A DNA stretch of 64,000 nt, from contig NC_087251.1 in NCBI RefSeq assembly GCF_037042905.1, positions 43,960,001 to 44,024,000 of the forward strand, given 5' to 3'. Made by a program: the position numbers and the translations under genes. The first letter of the stretch is position 1. Every line of letters starts with the position of its first letter. Positions 26,873 through 39,763 of this stretch are shown in pieces. This DNA comes from Lytechinus pictus. Lineage: Eukaryota. The notes below the pieces were generated by a model. The model made no database searches and was not told the DNA's origin. It saw only the letters and a list, made by a program, of their open reading frames with translations.

Positions 26873-27181
26873 TATGTGTAAGATCTAAATCTAATGCAGT
26901 AGCTACTGTATGAGGGTGGTGAAGGCGAAAGGGGAGGGGGTGTTCTTTTACAACCATATTTTCTGCCCCTTCTGTGAAATAAGATTTGTGTGTATGATTT
27001 CATTTCATACCGCAGATGGAATGTGAATACAGAATTTGCTTTTCTCGACAATCCAATCACTTTCCATCTGAGATATTAGGAGCGTTGAGAGTATCAATGA
27101 AAGCACATTCATGTTCCAACTTTGTATTAATTCATTTCCAACAAAAATATAAAGCAAAATCATGACATGAAATAACATTCG

Positions 27182-27470
27182 ATAATAATAATAATAATAA
27201 TAGGCATTTATATAGCGCCATCTATCTAGAAATATTCTATTCCGAGGCACGTTGTTATTATTATTATTCCCCCGGCTTTAGCTCGAGCTGCCTTTCAGCG
27301 CTCATGCATTCAAGGAATTAATCCTGCCGGGTACCCATTCACCTCACCTGGGTCGAGTGCAGCACAACGTGGATAAATTTCTTGCTGAAGGAAATTACGC
27401 CATGGCTGGGATTCGAACCCACGACCCTCTGTTTCAAAGTCAGAAGACTTATCCACTGGGCCACAACGCC
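27182..27470 (-). mobile_element. tRNA-derived SINE with (TTA)n tail
   Basis: Minus strand: A box TGGCCCAGTGG, B box GGTTCGAATCC, central GCACTCGACCCAGGTGAGGTGAATGGGTACC domain, LINE-like 3' end GGCGCTATATAAATG followed by (TTA)n. Confidence 0.88.
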
Positions 27471-28566
27471 ACAACGATACTATAAAGGAAAATCAGCAGA
27501 TGAACAATGTGTACAAACTTAACAGATAAATAACATGTACAAACTTAGGTTATATTTTTTTATTTTATTACTGTACATAGATAATGATTTATAAATATAC
27601 ACACTGTAAAATAGAGATCTGTAATGATCCTTGTAAATATATTCAAACACAGAACTACCAAATATAGATCAAGCCTGGTTGACTCTGACCATTTATTTCG
27701 GATTGTGTCAGTAAACAGTGAGTACATGTAAAATTGCATGGGGGCTCGGGGCGAGTTTGCCCCCAAAATGTTCAAAAGAGCCCTGGATAGTTTTTTTAAA
27801 AAAAACTCCATTCACTGCAATGTTTTAAAAAGCTTTCAATTCAGCAAGTTTAGGCAGGAGGTTGTGAAAAGTTGCCCAAGAAAAAAAAAGTAATCTTATG
27901 CAATAATTACAGAAGGTTTGTTATTTTAGGAATAGGAACTACCGGTACCTGTATATTCTAATGAAATACTACATGTACATGTATACGATGTAGGATACAC
28001 AGATGGCAGCAAGCATTAAATCCTATCAAGGGATAGTTGACAAATCTTGACATCACAATCTTACAGATATTTTGCCGAATCCAAGCTGGATTATTCCATT
28101 GTCTTGGTTGTGAAATAATTTTATTATTTATTATTCATTTTATTTTAATTGATTTTTATTTTAGAGCAGGGCAGATATTTGCCACATCCTAGCTGAGAAG
28201 AAACTGTTTTACTACAATTTCTTTTCATCTCAAATGTTTAAATTTGGAAATAAGATGTATCTTTCATTGTGAAGTACAATAATCATATCTGAGCCATTCC
28301 CTTTTTTTTTTTTTTTTTTTTGTTTAATGCTAAAAATACTTACATTTAATTTATATGCATTTTTATTAAAGGTAATATGAATGATTTTGTGTAAGGTTAA
28401 AAATATTTTCATTTTTTTAATGTTAATTTTTACAAGTAATATGTATGATATGAGTTATGGTATTCTATATGTTTATGAATTGTTACAATGTGATTCTAGA
28501 TGGAAATATGTACATTTAACTGAAAACCTAATCTTTTCCTATTTATCTTTTTATCTTGCTATTTAG

Positions 28567-28698
28567 GAATCAACTTTTGTCGGACTGGACAGGAGATCAG
28601 CAATGCGTATGCCCAGAAACATGACCTACCACGTTATAAATATGTACTCCACCCTCACACTACTGGGTTTTCTTTTACTGTGGACTACCTAAGACAGA
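28567..28698 (+). CDS. LCLAT1: LCLAT1 coding exon 5 (GINFCRTGQEISNAYAQK...YVLHPHTTGFSFTVDYLRQ)
   Basis: Polypyrimidine tract plus tttag| acceptor, A|GTGAGT donor, phase 1-1. Matches the LCLAT1 YVLHPxTTGF segment. Confidence 0.92.
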
Positions 28699-29286
28699 GT
28701 GAGTACCTACCAATTAACTACTCTTTCAACATAATTGTTTGTTCTCTTTGAGTTTGAAGTTAACCCACTCGTGAAGACGAACAGTCAACCTGCCTGACAC
28801 GTCGAGTCTTCTCATCCGCTCACTGCTATACAACTCTACTCGCGGACGCAAGCAAGCCTTCTCTTATCTATCCAACTCAAACCAGCTTTCTCTCAAGCCT
28901 CTTTCAACTCAACCAGCCTTCCACTTAAGCCTCTCATTTGTCCTACTCCTTTTGGTTTACAGTCGTTTTAAGGACTACACTCATTTCCGGAGAGATACTC
29001 TACTTTCTTACCTCCATTTTCTTGCCTTTCCACTATACACTTCTACCTGTATCCACTTTCTCTTAGTCCTTTCCAGGACTTTACACCTGTTGTACTGTAA
29101 ACCACTTCTGTGATTGCACATCCTACCAACCAAACCTTAAAACATCATCTACATTAAGCCTATTCAACTGTATGTTCAATGATATCTGTGTCACAAAAAT
29201 ACCTTGAAGAAACAGTGTTATGAAATTTTTTTGCGTGATCATGTCTTGATGATATCGTATTTCCGTCGTTGTCTTACCCTTTTCAG

Positions 29287-29780
29287 CCAAGATGATCGAT
29301 ACCGTGTACGACGTGACAGTGGCTTACTGCGACACCGTCCCTGAGAAAGGTGAGATCGATATCTTCAGAGGCAACGTCCCCAAGGAGATGCAGTTCTTGA
29401 TCCACAAGTACCCCGTCAGCGCTCTCCCGCAGAACAAGGAAGACCTTGACAACTGGTGCGTCGAGAAGTGGAAGGAGAAGGAGCATCGTCTGGAGAAGTT
29501 CTACACCGGCAACAAGACCTTCGAGGGGCAGGAGGATGGAAAACTGGAGAACCTGTCGAGCCAGTCTGTCTGGAAAGTCTACTTCATTATTGCATGCTGG
29601 GTGTACGGTCTGTTGTTCTCTGCTTACCTTATGCTCACATCCTCCTTCGTGCTCTGGGGATCCGTCGTCATCATGACAGCGTACGTGGTCATTGGAAAGT
29701 ACTTTGGTGGAGTCGACAACATCTCGATTGCAAGTTTCAACTTCACGCAAGATCTGACGCATAAAGCGAGGACCACTTGA
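29287..29780 (+). CDS. LCLAT1: LCLAT1 terminal coding exon (acyltransferase C-terminal domain plus two hydrophobic segments)
   Basis: ttttcag| acceptor. IDTVYDVTVAY...WCVEKWKEKEHRLEKFY motif, TGA at 29778-29780. Exon lengths sum to 1128 nt = 375 aa + stop. Confidence 0.93.
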
Positions 29781-31555
29781 TAAGTTGTCTCATGTATCGT
29801 GTTTATCCATGACTCTTTATTAACACAGAACAGAGAGTATTTTTCACAAACGGTTCTTGTCAATGGCGCAGTCACACTTCCCCTATGGAGGGCGAATGGC
29901 AATTCAAAAACAGCCGTTTTATAAGTAAATCACGCTCTTTGTACCAGGTGGCTTATTAGAATTGAATAAAATAGCTGTTTTTTATCCACCATGTGGGCAC
30001 TGTAGGGGAAATCTGACCACAGTTTTGGAAGGGATGGGCATTCTCAGACTATATGATGTACCATAATCAATCATCGCTTTAGAAACTATACCTTAAGAAT
30101 ACTCTGTAGGGTAAAGACACTGGAAGATGTAATTGCAAGAAATATTTCCTTATCTAAAGCATTCTATATGGAATTTAAAAAAAAAATTAAATCATGGTAT
30201 GAATAAGTGGAGGGGGTTATATGTACAAAAATATTTGTGTCCACATTGTTGTTTATTGCAAAAGCAAACACTGGTATTATGATACCTCAGCCTCTTTTTA
30301 TGGTGAAATTGTATATAAATGAAGTTTATAGGTCAACAAGACTTTGATTAGAGATTTATAAAGCATTGGCCTGCCTCTTTCATTAAATGGTACTCTCTTG
30401 TTTTGTACTGATGTGCTGCTGTAATTGCAGAATATGAAGAAGTTTTATAGTCGATTGATCATTTCCTTGATTTTTGTATAACAACATTTTCTAATTTAAG
30501 TTTTGTATTGCATCCCATATTTGCTGCATTCTTATATGATGGTTTGAATAGAAAGGATATGATGATTTTTCCCTTCTCTATTTAAATACTATTAGGATTG
30601 AAAAACTAATCCTGGAAATATTCTCTGACGGATAATATTGAATGAAAAATTGTCATTTGGGACTATTTCTGATGATTATTGGAAAAATCTATTGAAGAAT
30701 ATTTATTCATGTCAATCGAATCTTTGCTCTATGATATTATCTGATAATGGATAACAATGAATAGACTATTAAACTGGGTCATGTTTATTATGGAAATCTG
30801 TTTCTAAACCCTCTCCCCCCCCCCCCCCCCCCCGCTTTTGTTGTCACCCAAAACTTTTTTTTCTATAATTACCAATTTCTTTCCTGTTGTGAATCACCAA
30901 ATACTATTTTCCCCCATCATTTCCTTCATGATATTGTATTGAAATTAATGTGATATAGTGTGACTTTTATTACAATATGAATTAATCATGTTCTATAGTC
31001 ATTGAGATAATGTATAGATATTAGAATGAATGGAAGACGTGATTTTATTTCAGAAATTGACAAGCTGAATGAAAAGTAAATGAAGAACACCTTGTTTTAA
31101 ACAAGGTTGTGACGATACTTGATTATGCATATGATCTTTTGAAATAACAATCTAATTAATCATGTTTGTATAAATCAGTGGCTGAATTGATATGCTTTTT
31201 ATGATGATATTATAATTGACGAATACGATTAATGATGACTTTTCATGTCTGATTCACCGCACTTTGATATATTCGATGTATGTATACTGTCTTGACTATT
31301 TTTGCTATTCTATTGTGGTATAATTCTAAGATTCTTAGTGATCATTTCCTGTGATTTCCACGTCCTATCACAAACAAGGATGGAAGTTCACTTATTTTCC
31401 TAACATGTAAGCATTCATGCAGATCAGACCAACGCTGCTTGAAATGCACTATGTGTTAAACTAGGCTTAGATACATGCATTTCATTCCTCCGTGTAATGT
31501 GAAGAAATGATTTTCTCGTTTTCGACTATGTCAAAACTAAATGTGAAATCCTTAA

Positions 31556-32139
31556 AGGAGAATGAAACTCTTGGAGCAAGTTAGCTTTTGTGAAAGCAGA
31601 CAAATCAAAGAATAAGATCAACAAAAGTTTGAGTAAATTAGGACTAGCAATAGAAGAGTTATGAGCATTTGAATGTCGAGATCATTAATGCTATGGAGAT
31701 CCTCCCATTGGCAATGCGACCAAGATCTATGATGTCACAGATGAACAACTCTCCCCTTTTGGACACTGAAAATATACCCCAAAACATCTCTTTTTGCTCA
31801 TTCTAATCATATGACAAACGATTCATCAATGATATAATGTTGTGAAACCTCTGTACTTGTCCTCTCATAAAGAGAACACCTCACCTTGTGATAGACTCTA
31901 TAAAAGTGAGAATATAAGTGAAATAAGTACTAAAGTAATGAGGGAGTTGTACGTGTGTGACATCACAGATCTTGGTCACATTGCCAATGGGAGGATCTAC
32001 ATGGCATTAGTGATCCCAATATTCAAATGCTCATAACTCTCTTATTATTCATTAAATCTTCCTCAAACTTTCAACAATATGTTTCTTTGATTTTTCTCTT
32101 TGATATGGATTCAGCTGGTTTCAAGGGTTTCATTCTCCT
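31556..32139 (+). mobile_element. Kolobok-like MITE family C, copy 1 (TTAA TSD)
   Basis: TTAA-AGGAGAATGAAAC … GTTTCATTCTCCT-TTAA. Near-identical to 61682-62264. Confidence 0.9.
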
Positions 32140-33067
32140 TTAAAGCATTTTTATTAATGAATAATTAGAAATCAGATTAGTCAGGTAAATTGTTCTGTGA
32201 AATCAATAAATAAATGAATAAAACAATTTCACAGATTTTCTCCACACGTGAAACTAATGATAAAATTTGATGAACAATTTAAGTGTTACTTTGATTAATT
32301 AACCTATTGTAAACAAACCGAATTAGCCACTTTAGCAAAGTATCATATAGGATGGAAATTAGTTTTGATACTTTAAAAAGAAGCATCTTGCCTTGAAATT
32401 TGAAGAGAAAGTTGCCATTGCTTTAATGCGAGCCCTCAAACTTGCTGCCGCACGGACTGGCCTTTATGTGTTGTAGAGTCAAAATCTATAAATCAAAGCG
32501 AAATATATATGTGTGTGTCTGTGTGTGTTTCCCAGTTTGTAAAATACTCATGGGAGTATATATCTTTCATCATCTAGAAGGCATTTTAGCCAATGTTCAA
32601 AAATTTGTTGTCGAGTTACAAAAGCAAATTTGAAAAAATACATAATAGTTTGCTATTGAAAGACTAATATGTCCCTTGCAAGTTTGAGTTATTGCATCGA
32701 AAATATGTTAGGTCGATCTCATGTTAGTGATAATTGTGAAAAAAACACTTTTGATTAATTCAATTTAGGTGAGTTAAAATGAAGAAATATGGTACTTCCT
32801 TATATGTGAACTAACTTAGGACAATTGGGTCCCGGTTATTCTCAAGATTCTTACTTGCTTGTGATATATCCAAATGTTTACTAAAATTATAGTATTCTTT
32901 GGGATACTGAGATTGAACAAAATGTTTTGTCATTTTTCAACCAACAACTTTCACGAATGTGAAAATATAACAAATATGCTTTTGTCTTCATTTATTTTAT
33001 ATTGTATTGAGAGTAAGTTGCATAATTTTACAATCTTTCTAAAAACTAATCTTGTATGTAATACTAA

Positions 33068-33393
33068 GGCTTCAGTCACAACTCAGAGCAGCGACCGACC
33101 GATTAGTAGCTTGCTCGGGCGCCGCTGGAATTGAGGCATCGCCAAACGATTTGTGTAGAAGTCAAGCGGGCTGTAAAAACTTATCCGTGGCCGAGCAGTG
33201 CCCTGTCGATTACGTCGGCGCCCGGACGGCAAACGTCCTGGCACCAAGCGTATTTAGGGCGGCGAGTGAAAAGTAAGCAGACTCCGCCACATTTGTAACT
33301 CTGTGTTAAATCTTGAGCTGCAACCGAGCGATGCCCCAAAAACCAGTGGTTCCCAGCCGAGCAGGCCTAATTTTGGGGGTTGTGACCTTAGCC
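33068..33393. mobile_element. PIF/Harbinger-like MITE (TAA TSD)
   Basis: TAA-GGCTTCAGTCACAAC … GTTGTGACCTTAGCC-TAA, with a GC-rich interior. Confidence 0.78.
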
Positions 33394-34414
33394 TAAGGTG
33401 GGTTTTGAAGGGGGAGATTTTCTATGAATTCAATTGCAAGTCTGAAATGATAATGATAGTTATCTGTGTCATGGCATGTTTACTTTCTGACTATGCAGTT
33501 CATTTTGGAATTTTCATTACTGGAGATATTATTACATTTGCGCATTACAAACGTTTATTTGAAATCTGAAAGAATCAAATGTATAGTTTTATTTTCTTAG
33601 ATATTACACATGCTGTGATAATGGTTTCTATGCTTGGTTTGTTATACGAGTCCCATGGCATACAGTTCAATTTCATGTACTGTAATCTATTCTTTCGGAT
33701 TTGCATTTTCACCATTTTATTTATCTTGAAGCAGTTATATGATTTTTTATATATTCATTAGTCAGTGCAGTTGTGAAATAACAGTATAATTTTGTCATGG
33801 GATGATGATAATAAATGATGATAGTTTAAGTGTCCTGTTGAATAAAAGTACTTTTTATCGTAAGTTTGCCACCCAATGTTAACTACCATGGTAACAATGC
33901 GTGACAGCCAATCAAAATCAAGGATTTTATTGAAGTTACCATTGCATGGCAATGATATCATAATAGTAACTTTTATGTATCGGACCCCATTTCTTTTTGT
34001 CTTTTTTTCAGTTTAAGATTTGTTCAGAAAACTCGCTAAAAACAATTATGGGGCTTGCAAAACAAAGTGTAGCGATTGATCATCCAGTTGAACTGTGTGC
34101 TTGATTGCATGTTGGGATCAATCATAAAAACCAGCTCTACAATCAAATGCTTCAATTTGTGATACAGGGCCCAGGATTGTGAATGTAATCAACAAGAGCT
34201 GAAACCTTACAAAGCTGTCACTTCATATTAAAGGGAGTTGATTACACAGTAGTTTCACTCTTGGATGAACTTTTCTTTCCAAATAGGCATCTGTCATATT
34301 TCATTGAGAGTATCGTCGGTAGCTGATCTTGTCTTGATGTGAAATGCTGAAGATACTTTCAAATTGTTTTCATAACTTGAGATCATTATTTTGTAAGACC
34401 TTTTGTACCTCTAT

Positions 34415-34834
34415 GGCCCGAATTCACAAAGGTGGTTTTTAAAACCCACGGCTGAATCCATGGATATGCAGATTTCCTGTATAAATTACGCTTAATTTAG
34501 TGCGTATCGGACACGTTAATAAAAAAATGTCCAATGCTGATGCGCGCTTTTATCACAGTGCCAAATTGACGCCTGTTACCATGGTTAGATACGCTATTTT
34601 ATTCACAAGTCCACTGCTTGAAGAGTGGACTCATTAATTCAAAACAGTGGACTCATGAGTAAAAAGCGTGGATAACCACGGCAACAGGCGTCAATTTTGT
34701 GCACTGACAAAAGCGCGCATCAGCATTGGACATTTTTTAATATACGCGGTAAAATAAGCGTAATTTATACGGGAAATCTGCATAAACCATGGACTCAACC
34801 ATGGTTTTCAAAACCACCTTTGTGAATTCGGGCC
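34415..34834. mobile_element. Foldback MITE with ~200-bp inverted arms
   Basis: GGCCCGAATTCACAAAGGTGGTTTT … AAAACCACCTTTGTGAATTCGGGCC, complementary along most of its length. Confidence 0.9.
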
Positions 34835-35067
34835 ATTGTGATTCGCTATTCAATCCCAAATATTTTGTTCTATGTAAAAGCTGAACTGCACCCAAACATC
34901 CATTGTGTCATCAGATGATTGCCATATTATTTCAAGGGGCCAGAGCTTACTTGTTTGAAGTGCTTCAAACCCATGCTTCGTTATGTTTGTTTTGATAGAC
35001 CAATTGTTTAGGAATGAAGTTTAAACTCTGATCCGATCCCTCGCACGCTCTCATACAAAGTGAACTA

Positions 35068-35460
35068 ACAGTCAGCCCCCCCCCCCCCCCCCCCCCCGCA
35101 CAGATACAGATTATCTTGTTCATAATGTGAAAAAATGATATTGCACTCCATTATTTACTGTAAAATATTGTTCAGTATTATGCTTGTGGTTTGGCTGATG
35201 GAAATTAAATGTAGGGTTCAGAAGTGGACCCCACCCCACCCACACAAGAAATTAACAGTCAGCCCTAGTTGCCCCCCCCCCCCTCCCTCCCTGTGCAGTC
35301 TTACCATCTTGTTCTTGTGAAATGTATTTACATTAAAATGTGAAAAATTATCATTGTACTACCGTCTACCGTATGTATTTACAGTAAAATGATTTTCAGT
35401 ATTATGTTTGTGATTTGGCCGATGGACATATTATAGTTATATGCAGGGTTCAGAAGTTGG
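35068..35460. repeat. Imperfect ~190-bp tandem duplication
   Basis: AACAGTCAGCCCC…AGGGTTCAGAAGT occurs twice (35068-35228 and 35254-35460). Confidence 0.7.
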
Positions 35461-36069
35461 CTGGAATGAGAGTGGCTGCGTATCAGTGTAAGAATCTATA
35501 TTCAGAAATGGCTAAGTTATGTTAAGTGTAATATTGTGAGTAGGTATCATACAAATAGCCAATGGGAATTCCATTCCCGCAAAGGTGTGTCCGATCCATG
35601 TGTGCCCTCTATGCGGGGGTTTGTTGGTAGAGATGAATGGAGCATTGCATAGATTTTGACGCTTTGTGTGATCATTTGAATTATTTTTCTTTTTAAGTCA
35701 GCCGAAAAAAAATGAGTGGAAAATCCAATTTTGTGATAAACTTTGAAAGATTATCACAAAATTTGATTTTTTTGGGGGTAAAATAAAATGTCTGAATATT
35801 TGCTCGCTCACTCAAAACTTTTCATAAATTTTATGTGACACGCCATACCTAGTCCCCTCAAAATTTTTGGCTCCCTGCGCCACTGATAAAAAGATATTCC
35901 AATGTGTACAGTAGTATTAGATTCAACTATATTACCCTGTTTGAATGATGATAATCATTATTGCTGTTCTCATCATCATCAATTATTAGGGGTAGTTGGG
36001 TGTTTCGTAAAGCTTTTCGTAAGTTACAAGCGACTTCACAAATGACTGATGACCTTCTCTTTTGGTTAA

Positions 36070-36639
36070 AGGGATGGTCCGGGCTGAAAGTATTTAAATA
36101 GAGTAGAATTCACTGAGCAAAATGCTTAAAATTTCATCAAAATCGGATAACAAATAACAAAGTTATTGAATTTTATAGTTTAGCAATATTTTGTGAAAAC
36201 AGTCATGAATATTCATTAGGTGGGCTGATGATGTCACATCCCCACTTGTTCTTTTGTATTTTATTATATGAAATTAGGTTTATTCAAATTTTTTCCTCCA
36301 AGAACTAGAAAAATTGGATTGACAACTAATTTAGTGCATTAGATATTTATTGCTGCAACTTATTTCATTATAAGGGAGACATATCATTCACACAAGTATG
36401 AAATAATAAAAAAAATACTGATTTTATGTAATAACATAAGAAAACGGAAAGTGGGGATGTGACATCATCAGCCCACCTAATGAATATTCATGACGACTGT
36501 TTTCACAAAATATTGCTAAACTTTAGACTTCAATAACATTATTATTTGTTAACCGATTTTGATGAAATTTTCGGCATTTTGCTCAGTGAATTCTACTCTA
36601 TGTATTAAGATATAAATATTTTCAGCCCGGACCATCCCT
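36070..36639. mobile_element. Kolobok-like MITE family B (TTAA TSD), nested in a copy of the 13655 MITE family (~35998-36735)
   Basis: TTAA-AGGGATGGTCCGGGCTGAAA … TTTCAGCCCGGACCATCCCT-TTAA, with long internal inverted arms. Confidence 0.9.
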
Positions 36640-38734
36640 TTAATGATAAAGGCCCCACACCAGATTTTCATTGAACTTGATTCAGTTCCAGTCACTCAAA
36701 GTAGTAATTTACGAACAGCTTTATGAAAACCCACCAGGATTGTTGGAGGATATTTGTCTTGGAGAGTGGTTGTCCCATTGGGTTGATGTCCTTGGAGTAC
36801 TTGTCCTGATTGTGGTTGTCCTTTAGGGAGTAGTTATCAAAGAGCCCCAAGGGGCAGGCCCATTTGGTAGGTCCTCTGGTCCGGGATGCCTTTCATAGAG
36901 CTTTGTAGTTGCCCTGGACTACATGGCCTACAGAAGGCGGATGTCCTTGGGGTTCTTCAAGTGTCTAGGCGTATATTTGTCCATGAGGTATGTGTCCTGA
37001 TATACAAACAGAAACAAAAGAAAGAATGAAAATCTGAAAAAGAAAATAAGAATAAAAACAAAAGGAAGAGAGAGAGAGATAGAGATATTACTACAATTGC
37101 CTTTGTACAATTGGACTCAACAATTTGATGGTGGCCCTTTTCAACTCCCTTTTACTTTGTTTTTTTCTTATTTAGTTATTTTTCTATGTACTTGCAGCAA
37201 AGCATTTCCCGTTGAGTACGTCATTTGGGCAACCCCCCCCCCCCCGATATGAAATACCCCAATAGGCCCTGTTTAATAATTTAGATATAATCATCCTTGG
37301 GTCATCAGACATCTCCCTCTCATTAAAAGATAATACTTTGACGTCACTCGGGCGAAGTTTTAGACCTTTTTTCTTTTGGGGGGGGGGGGGGCTTCTTGGG
37401 GTTTGAACTAAATAACCCAACAACAAAGCAAAGGGTCGATGCCAGAAGTGAATCAGTTCTTAAATCTCCAACACTATCCTGAATACATATATTACAAGCG
37501 TAACAGACGTGGAAGTACATTTTCGTGATGGAAGTTTTATCATTTCATGAAAACATCAGCGGCGTAACAGGGGTCGGTGGCCAGGGGGGGCAAGAGCCAA
37601 AAAATTCCCGGTCATATCATGGAACAGGCAATGGCGTAATAAGGCAAAAATTTTGAGGGGGCGATATGGCGTATCGGGCAAATATATAAGCGAGCGAGCG
37701 AAGCGAGCAAAAAATTTTGACATTTTTATTGCAAAAATACAATTTTGTGATAGGTTTTGACATAATGTTAAAAAGATGATATCATATTACACCCTCCTCT
37801 CTTTCCTTTTTTCTCTCTTTTTTTGTACGCCACGGTGAACAGGATTTTTGTTATGATTGTGAGCATCAGGGCGAAGCTCAATATGCTCGAGGGGGCTGAG
37901 TATGGCGCTTCTGGCAAGAAGTAGCTTAATATAGGTCCCGAGCGAGCGAAGCGAGTGAGATAAAAAAAGCACCTTTTCATGAGAATCTAACATGAAGATA
38001 GATTTTAACGTGATATTCAGACAAATATAATACACTTTCCTTTCTTTCCTCATTTTTTTTTGTTTGGTTGTAGAACTTTTGGGGGCCATGGTCCAAACTC
38101 ATCCATATAACAGTGCTTTATGGGTGGGGTCCAGGGCAGAGCCCCGGAACCTCTTGATATCAAAGCCATTTTAAACCTTACAGATGGCCACTTATTTTAA
38201 TCAAATTGCGTGTATATTTATATAGCTTTAACACAACACATAAATTCAATACTGTTGTGTATCGTAATCATCCAAATATTGTGAGGGGCACACCATAGCA
38301 AATGTGGGAAAATTTGTAAAAAGTCGCCAGCGAGCGAAGCGAGCCAGAAAAAAAATGGCCTGTTAAAATGAAATTCTAATTATGTGATAGATTTTTACAT
38401 CATTATAGCAAATATCATGTCATTTTTTTTTTCATTCATCTCATTTCGCTGCCTCCTTTATTTTCTTTTATTTCCCCTTGGCTGTGGAACCACCCCCCGG
38501 TACGCCAGTGCTTCAACGTAAAGCTTAATGCAGGAAGGGTCCATATAGGGGCCCGTTAGAGAACCCATTAAATGTTACAGATGAAGAACCCCCACTGCAC
38601 GGGGTCTTGACTCTTGGACAGAGCCTTTGGAGATTTAGCAAGTTTATGATATACTTTCATACGACATTATGCTATATACCATCCATTTTTTCTTCCCGCT
38701 CGTTATCTCAATCCTCGGCAGCCCGGTAGTGTAC

Positions 38735-39503
38735 TGTAACGAACTATGTTTCCGATTTAATGTCATAGAGATGTTATACGGTCTGTAAACGTAGACTATA
38801 TGGAAATCGTATGTGTAGACGTTCTATGATTTAACGAGAATTAGCCAAAATCGCACATTTTATAAACATGTTGGAGTTGTCATGAAACCTTTTGATTAAT
38901 TTATTATTAGCAAAGTTGCCTAAGCATTATCCAGTTGTTTTATTCGAGAAAGCTGGTTGATTAGCAAAGTTAATTAGGTTATTGTAGTTGTTGAAGTCAT
39001 CTTTAGTAACTGTTTTATCGAAGTGTTAAAAAATGCATAAATACGAGGAGCCAACTGCTTTTAAGGACGATCTGTGTTACGGCCCTTTACCGTAGTGCAA
39101 ATGCTGCCCTTCATCTCTTGTATCTCATTTTGCTCTGTACAATGATATATCTTTGAGAAATTAAAGGTAAAGATCAAGCATTGAACCTACACTCTGGACT
39201 ACGTTCTTTTGAGTGTTATAAAGGATCAAATGATTGGTGTACGGAACGAATGCTGGTGATTGAATAGTCGACGGATGTCCGATTGACTGAAATGAGACGA
39301 GAGAGGTGATCGATTGCAATCGACGGATTATCTGACTGGAGAAACCAGAGACGACGGTTGGTGATGGTTGTTAATCAGTCTTTTCCATAAACCATCAGCA
39401 ACGGTCATATACTTTGACCAAACGAACGCAACTGACGGTCAGGCACGGTGGCATCCTGACAAGAAAACCGTGTCAGCTGAAAGTTGGATTAGAGGCCGTC
39501 ACA
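38735..39503 (+). repeat. 5' LTR
   Basis: TGTAACG…CGTCACA. About 5 mismatches to the 3' LTR by eye. TATA-like CATAAATA near 39036. Confidence 0.97.
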
Positions 39504-39505
39504 CG

Positions 39506-39524
39506 TGGTGTCAGAAGTGGGATT
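39506..39524 (+). promoter_or_regulatory. Primer-binding site complementary to a tRNA-Leu 3' end
   Basis: TGGTGTCAGAAGTGGGATT, 2 nt after the LTR, is the complement of AATCCCACTTCTGACACCA, the 3' end of metazoan tRNA-Leu(CAA/CAG) as recalled. Confidence 0.85.
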
Positions 39525-39536
39525 GCTGCTGGTTTG

Positions 39537-39748
39537 ACTGGTTGGTGCAGAACTGGTTGGAGAAGGACTGGTTGGTCAGAACTGGTTGGATAAGAACTGG
39601 TTGGTGCAGAACTGGTTGGAGAAGGACTGGTTGGTGCAGAACTGGTTGGAGAAGGACTGGTTGGTGCAGAACTGGTTGGAGAAGGACTGGTTGGTGCAGA
39701 ACTAGTTGGCGAAGGACTGGTTGGTGCAGAACTGGTTGGCGAAGGACT
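39537..39748. repeat. 30-bp (2x15) tandem array in the retrotransposon leader
   Basis: (ACTGGTTGGTGCAGA-ACTGGTTGGAGAAGG)n. The array resumes at 44463 after the insertion. Confidence 0.93.
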
Positions 39749-39763
39749 CGTCGATGCAGATCG

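Noticed and set aside
27400..27470. tRNA gene (Gln-like anticodon loop)
   Set aside because: It continues into a SINE body and (TTA)n tail, and the acceptor stem is imperfect. It is a SINE head.
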